From contig CAXXVZ010000003.1 of assembly GCA_963678065.2 (NCBI GenBank), positions 704,001 to 768,000 on the forward strand: DNA of 64,000 bases, in the 5' to 3' direction. The notes beneath the pieces are model-generated. The model was not told the DNA's origin. It did not search any database and worked only from the letters and a program-made list of their open reading frames with translations. The position numbers and the translations under genes were made by a program. Shown here in pieces: positions 59,722-64,000 of this stretch (position 1 is the stretch's first letter; each line of letters opens with the position of its first letter). The DNA is from Treponemataceae bacterium (GTDB lineage Bacteria > Spirochaetota > Spirochaetia > Treponematales > Rectinemataceae).

Positions 59722-60949
59722 CAAGCAGGAGGGAGGCGCCTGCTCCTTCTGCGGCAAGAGCGCGGACATGGCCACAAAACTCATCGCCGGCCCCGGAGTC
59801 TACATCTGCGACGAGTGTGTCCGCATCTGCGAACAGATCATCGCCGAGGATGAGCAGGAGATACTCCAGGGTTATCTCGAGGACATCCCCACCCCGCGCG
59901 AGATCAAGCACTACCTCGACGGCTACGCCATAGGCCAGGATTACGTCAAGAAGGCCCTCTCTGTCGCCGTCTACAACCATTACAAGCGGATCGGAAGGCC
60001 GCGGGAAGAGGGCGACGATGTCGAGCTGGAGAAGTCGAACGTCCTTCTCATCGGTCCCACGGGTACGGGCAAGACCCTTCTCGCCAGAACCCTCGCGCGC
60101 AAACTCAAAGTCCCCTTCGCCATGGCCGACGCCACGACCCTGACCGAGGCGGGCTATGTCGGCGAGGACGTCGAGAACATCCTTCTCAAGCTGATCCAGA
60201 ACGCCGGCGGCAACATACAGGCAGCGGAGCGCGGAATCGTCTACATCGACGAGATCGACAAGATAGCGCGGAAGAGCGAGAACGCCTCCATCACCCGCGA
60301 TGTCTCCGGAGAAGGCGTTCAGCAGGCACTCCTCAAGATCATCGAGGGCACCTTGGCGAACGTCCCTCCCCAGGGCGGACGCAAGCATCCGAACCAGGAA
60401 TATCTCAGGATCGACACGACGAACATCCTCTTCATCTGCGGCGGAGCCTTCGTCGGACTCGACCGCATCATCGAGAGCAGGGTTTCGAAGCACCCGATGG
60501 GCTTCGGAGCGGACATAAAGACGCGGAAGGAGAAAAACCTCCGGGAACTCTACAACCAGCTCCATCCGGACGACCTCATCAAGTTCGGCATGATTCCCGA
60601 GTTCATCGGCCGCCTGCCCATACAGGTAGCGCTCTCTGACCTTACCCGCGAGGATCTCAAGCGCATCATCACCGAGCCCAAGAATTCCGTGCTCCGGCAG
60701 TTCCAGACCTCCTTCAAGCTGGACAAAGTCGAACTCGTATTCGAAGAGGAAGCCGTCGACGCCATCGCGGACAAAGCCCTCGCCCGGCACACCGGAGCGC
60801 GCGGGCTCAGGTCCATCGTCGAGTCGATCATGCTCGACGTGATGTACGATATTCCCTCCATGGAGGGCGTCAAGCGCGTCGTCGTGACCAAGGATACGGT
60901 CGAGGGCCTGACGGCCCCCGCAATAGAGCTCGCGAAAAAACCGGCCTGA
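59699..60949 (+). CDS. clpX: ATP-dependent Clp protease ATP-binding subunit ClpX
   Basis: CSFC...CDEC zinc domain, [22 protein letters not shown]. Confidence 0.97.
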   Translation: MARQKSSDKQEGGACSFCGKSADMATKLIAGPGVYICDECVRICEQIIAEDEQEILQGYLEDIPTPREIKHYLDGYAIGQDYVKKALSVAVYNHYKRIGRPREEGDDVELEKSNVLLIGPTGTGKTLLARTLARKLKVPFAMADATTLTEAGYVGEDVENILLKLIQNAGGNIQAAERGIVYIDEIDKIARKSENASITRDVSGEGVQQALLKIIEGTLANVPPQGGRKHPNQEYLRIDTTNILFICGGAFVGLDRIIESRVSKHPMGFGADIKTRKEKNLRELYNQLHPDDLIKFGMIPEFIGRLPIQVALSDLTREDLKRIITEPKNSVLRQFQTSFKLDKVELVFEEEAVDAIADKALARHTGARGLRSIVESIMLDVMYDIPSMEGVKRVVVTKDTVEGLTAPAIELAKKPA

Positions 60950-60950
60950 C

Positions 60951-63377
60951 ATGGATGGCGGAGAAGGGGATCGGTATCCCGGAGAGATGAAGTCTGAAGA
61001 GATAAAGTCCGACCAGCTGCCGCTTTTTGTCTGCGGCTCATCCATCCTCTACCCAGGCGTAACCGCTTCTTTCGACCTTCGTCATGTTTCCGAAACTTCG
61101 GGAATCAGCGCCGCCCTGAGGCGCGACCGGATTTTTCTCGCCGTCTACACCACAAAATCCTACCCCACAGGCAGCCCGGCCGAAAACTTCCACGCCATAG
61201 CGACGCGTGCGCGCATCCTTCACCACATTCCCGGCCCGGAGGGAAGCGCGCGCGTCATCGTGGAGGGACTCGAGCTTGTACGCATTCTTTCCTTCGATCC
61301 GGGAGCCGAAAACGCCTCGTATCACCCCTTTGTACGCACGAGCGCGGCCTTTGCGGAGGATCTCGAGCTGCGGCAGGAAGCGGAGACCCGACTCCTCAGG
61401 GCAGCCCTCGCCTCCTTCTCGCACGAGAACGGCTCTGCCTCCCCCGACCTCCTCGCCCTGGCGGAGAAGACGGAGGATATCCACACTCTGTGCGACCTCG
61501 TACTCTCCGCCCTGCCCTCGCCTTTTGCAAAAAAATACCCGATTCTCGTCCAGAGCGATCCCTTCAAGCGTGTCGAGAAACTCATCGCCCTCGTAGAACG
61601 GGAAACAGGGCTGGCCGAACTCCAGAAAAGCCTGGCGGGAAAGGTCAAGTCCCGCATCGAACGATCCCAGCGCGAGTATTTCCTCAATGAAAAGCTGAAG
61701 GAAATCAACAAAGAACTGGGCCATGATGCGGAGGAGAATGAGGTCGTCGCGCTCGAAAAAGCCCTCGCGGCCAAGGCCCCTCCCACCGAAGTCATCGAGA
61801 AGGCCAGAAAAGAACTCGCGCGCCTTTCGCGACTCCAGAGCCTTTCACCGGAAGCTGGCGTTCTCCGCGCCTACTGCGAGTGGCTCGCCGATCTTCCCTG
61901 GTCCACGACCACGAAGGATTCGCGCGATATCGCGCGGGCCCGCGACATCCTGGACGAAGACCATTACGGACTCGCCAAGCCGAAGGAGCGGATACTCGAG
62001 TTCATCGCCGTCCGTCAGCTTTCGGAGCGGGCGCGGGGTCCCATCATCTGTCTGGTGGGACCGCCGGGAACCGGGAAAACCTCGCTCGGACGCTCGGTCG
62101 CGAGGGCTCTGGAACGGAAATTCGTGCGCGTGAGCCTCGGCGGAGTTCGGGATGAAGCCGAAATCCGTGGACACCGGCGGACCTACATCGGGGCTCTTCC
62201 GGGAAAGATCATCCAATCTCTCAGGAAGGCGGGCAGTTCGAACCCTGTTTTCCTCCTCGACGAGGTCGACAAAATGTCCTCCGACTTCCGCGGGGATCCC
62301 GCGAGCGCCCTCCTCGAAGTCCTCGACCCGGAACAGAACTCCAGCTTTTCCGACCATTATCTGGAAGTGCCATGCGACTTATCGCGCGTCATGTTCATCA
62401 TGACCGCCAATTCCATCCAAGGCATACCGCCCCCCCTCCTCGACCGCATGGAGATCATCGAAATACCGGGATACGGTGAGCAGGAAAAACTCGAGATCGC
62501 CAGACGGCATCTCGTCCCCAAGCAAGTCCGCCTCGCGGGGCTCTCCTCAGCCCGGATACGGTTCCGCAACGATGCCATCCTGGAGATCGTCAGGCGCTAC
62601 ACCATGGAATCCGGTGTCCGCAATCTGGAGAGGGAACTCGCCTCGGTCCTGCGCAAACTCGCGCGCAAGGCCGTGGAAAAAGGGTATGCCACGGAAAATG
62701 AATCTGCCGGAGGCGAAGGGGCCATTGACCTGTCATCCTTCTCATACACCGTGAGCGCGGGAAAGATCCGCGGACTCCTCGGCAAGGAGAGCAGGAGGGC
62801 GGAACTCGGCCCCGGAGCGGAGAAGACAGGCCTCGCGTTCGGGCTTGCGTGGACCCAGGCGGGCGGAACCATGCTTCCCGTCGAAACCATACTCTTCGAC
62901 GGGGATGAAACCCTCCTCCTGACAGGGAATCTCGGCGATGTCATGAAGGAATCCGCGCGAACGGCGGTCAGCCACATACGGGCCCGCGCGCGCGACTTCG
63001 GCCTCGACCCCGAATGTTTCAAGGGGAAAACTATCCATATCCATGTTCCGGAAGGGGCCATTCCCAAGGACGGCCCCTCAGCGGGCATCACCCTCGCCGC
63101 GAGTCTCTACTCCGCGGCTTCGGGGCGGAGCGTGAGGTCGTCGACAGCAATGACGGGAGAGATCACGCTGACCGGCGACATCGTCCCCGTCGGAGGCGTC
63201 AGGGAAAAACTCCTCGCCGCGTCCCGCAACGGCATCGCGGCCGTTCTTTTGCCCGAGGGCAACCGCCCGGACAGCGGGGACCTTCCCCGCGAGGCGGCGA
63301 AGACGCTCGACTTCCACTTTGCATCGACCATACAGGAGGCTTTCGGCTTCCTGTTTCCCGAGCCTGACGCGGGCTGA
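60951..63377 (+). CDS. lon: Lon protease
   Basis: GPPGTGKTS, GHRRTYIGA, PKDGPSAG catalytic Ser, VGGVREK catalytic Lys. Confidence 0.95.
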   Translation: MDGGEGDRYPGEMKSEEIKSDQLPLFVCGSSILYPGVTASFDLRHVSETSGISAALRRDRIFLAVYTTKSYPTGSPAENFHAIATRARILHHIPGPEGSARVIVEGLELVRILSFDPGAENASYHPFVRTSAAFAEDLELRQEAETRLLRAALASFSHENGSASPDLLALAEKTEDIHTLCDLVLSALPSPFAKKYPILVQSDPFKRVEKLIALVERETGLAELQKSLAGKVKSRIERSQREYFLNEKLKEINKELGHDAEENEVVALEKALAAKAPPTEVIEKARKELARLSRLQSLSPEAGVLRAYCEWLADLPWSTTTKDSRDIARARDILDEDHYGLAKPKERILEFIAVRQLSERARGPIICLVGPPGTGKTSLGRSVARALERKFVRVSLGGVRDEAEIRGHRRTYIGALPGKIIQSLRKAGSSNPVFLLDEVDKMSSDFRGDPASALLEVLDPEQNSSFSDHYLEVPCDLSRVMFIMTANSIQGIPPPLLDRMEIIEIPGYGEQEKLEIARRHLVPKQVRLAGLSSARIRFRNDAILEIVRRYTMESGVRNLERELASVLRKLARKAVEKGYATENESAGGEGAIDLSSFSYTVSAGKIRGLLGKESRRAELGPGAEKTGLAFGLAWTQAGGTMLPVETILFDGDETLLLTGNLGDVMKESARTAVSHIRARARDFGLDPECFKGKTIHIHVPEGAIPKDGPSAGITLAASLYSAASGRSVRSSTAMTGEITLTGDIVPVGGVREKLLAASRNGIAAVLLPEGNRPDSGDLPREAAKTLDFHFASTIQEAFGFLFPEPDAG

Positions 63378-63421
63378 TCCCTTTGCTCCGCGGCAACGCT
63401 TTTTGCGTGCAACACACAGCC

Positions 63422-63450
63422 TTGACAGAAAATCGACAAAACTCTAGCAT
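63422..63450 (+). promoter_or_regulatory. Sigma70 promoter of the thiamine transport operon
   Basis: TTGACA-N17-TAGCAT immediately before the riboswitch. Confidence 0.75.
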
Positions 63451-63452
63451 CG

Positions 63453-63545
63453 TTTCCGCCGGGGTGGCGCGGAGTTCCGTCGGAACCTGCCGCGTCTGAG
63501 ATGATACCCGAAGAACCTGATCCGGATAATGCCGGCGGAGGGAGT
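63453..63545 (+). ncRNA. TPP riboswitch
   Basis: GGGGTG...CTGAGA-TGATACCC...GAACCTGATCCGGATAATGCCGGCGGAGGGA matches the THI-box; upstream of thiB. Confidence 0.93.
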
Positions 63546-63546
63546 C

Positions 63547-64000
63547 GTGCGCACACTTTATCGCACCCTCGTATTCATTCCCCTTCTCATCGCACTGTTT
63601 TCATGCTCACCCAAGGAAGAACCGAGCCTCACGGTCTTCACCTACGATTCGTTCGTCGCCGAATGGGGTGCGGCCCCGAAGATCGCCCCCCTGTTCGAAA
63701 AAGAGACGGGCATCAAGGTGAACTTCGTCGCCAAAGGCGACGGCGGAGCTCTGCTCTCCGCGCTGATCAACGAGAAGGGTAAACCTTCCTGCGACATCGC
63801 CCTCGGGCTCGACAACCAGCTTTCGGAGAAGGCTCTCGCCGAAGACCTCTTCGCGGCCTATGCGCCGAAGGGGATCAAAGCCCTACCCTCCGAACTCAGG
63901 ATCGATCCTAAAAACCGACTCCAGCCCTACGACTACGGCCACTTCGCCTTCATCTGGGATTCGGAGAAGCTGAAGAATCCCCCGGCCTCCCTCGCCGACC
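63547..64000 (+). CDS. thiB: Thiamine ABC transporter substrate-binding lipoprotein (partial)
   Basis: Manual translation: lipobox LFSC, LTVFTYDSFVAEWG, GLDN, PYDYGHFAFIWD; downstream of the TPP riboswitch. Confidence 0.9.
   Translation, partial: MRTLYRTLVFIPLLIALFSCSPKEEPSLTVFTYDSFVAEWGAAPKIAPLFEKETGIKVNFVAKGDGGALLSALINEKGKPSCDIALGLDNQLSEKALAEDLFAAYAPKGIKALPSELRIDPKNRLQPYDYGHFAFIWDSEKLKNPPASLAD

Noticed and set aside
1..64000. CRISPR arrays, integrases, transposases, prophage or defence genes
   Set aside because: No repeat-spacer array or recognisable mobile or defence protein was seen, including next to the tRNA cluster.

Overview
High-GC bacterial chromosomal segment, most likely a free-living spirochaete (inferred from the single-subunit GlyRS, archaeal-type Cmk, tRNA-Arg(UCG), BMP-type nucleoside transporter and general protein style). 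Most of it is housekeeping: scpBA, folK, recA, lolCDE-like ABC, ftsY, frameshifted prfB, galM, murC, hflKC, tyrS, glyQS, glnS, gltX, cca, rnc-acpP-rpmF, coaD, lnt, five tRNAs, tig-clpP-clpX-lon and a TPP riboswitch in front of thiB. The strongest candidate for an undescribed system is an accessory operon at about 36.0-41.2 kb: a FadR-type regulator with a visible operator, a glycyl radical enzyme whose active-site loops match no characterised class I can recall, its activase, and a tandem split-barrel (PNPOx-like) protein. Other notable items are a nucleoside uptake/PNP operon translationally coupled to a nitroreductase and a Rieske oxygenase, a structured glyQS leader with a perfect anti-RBS, a sigma54-type promoter driving a possibly split DUF4405 gene, and an AT-hook-like tail on RecA. 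All family calls come from motifs read by eye; no database search was run.
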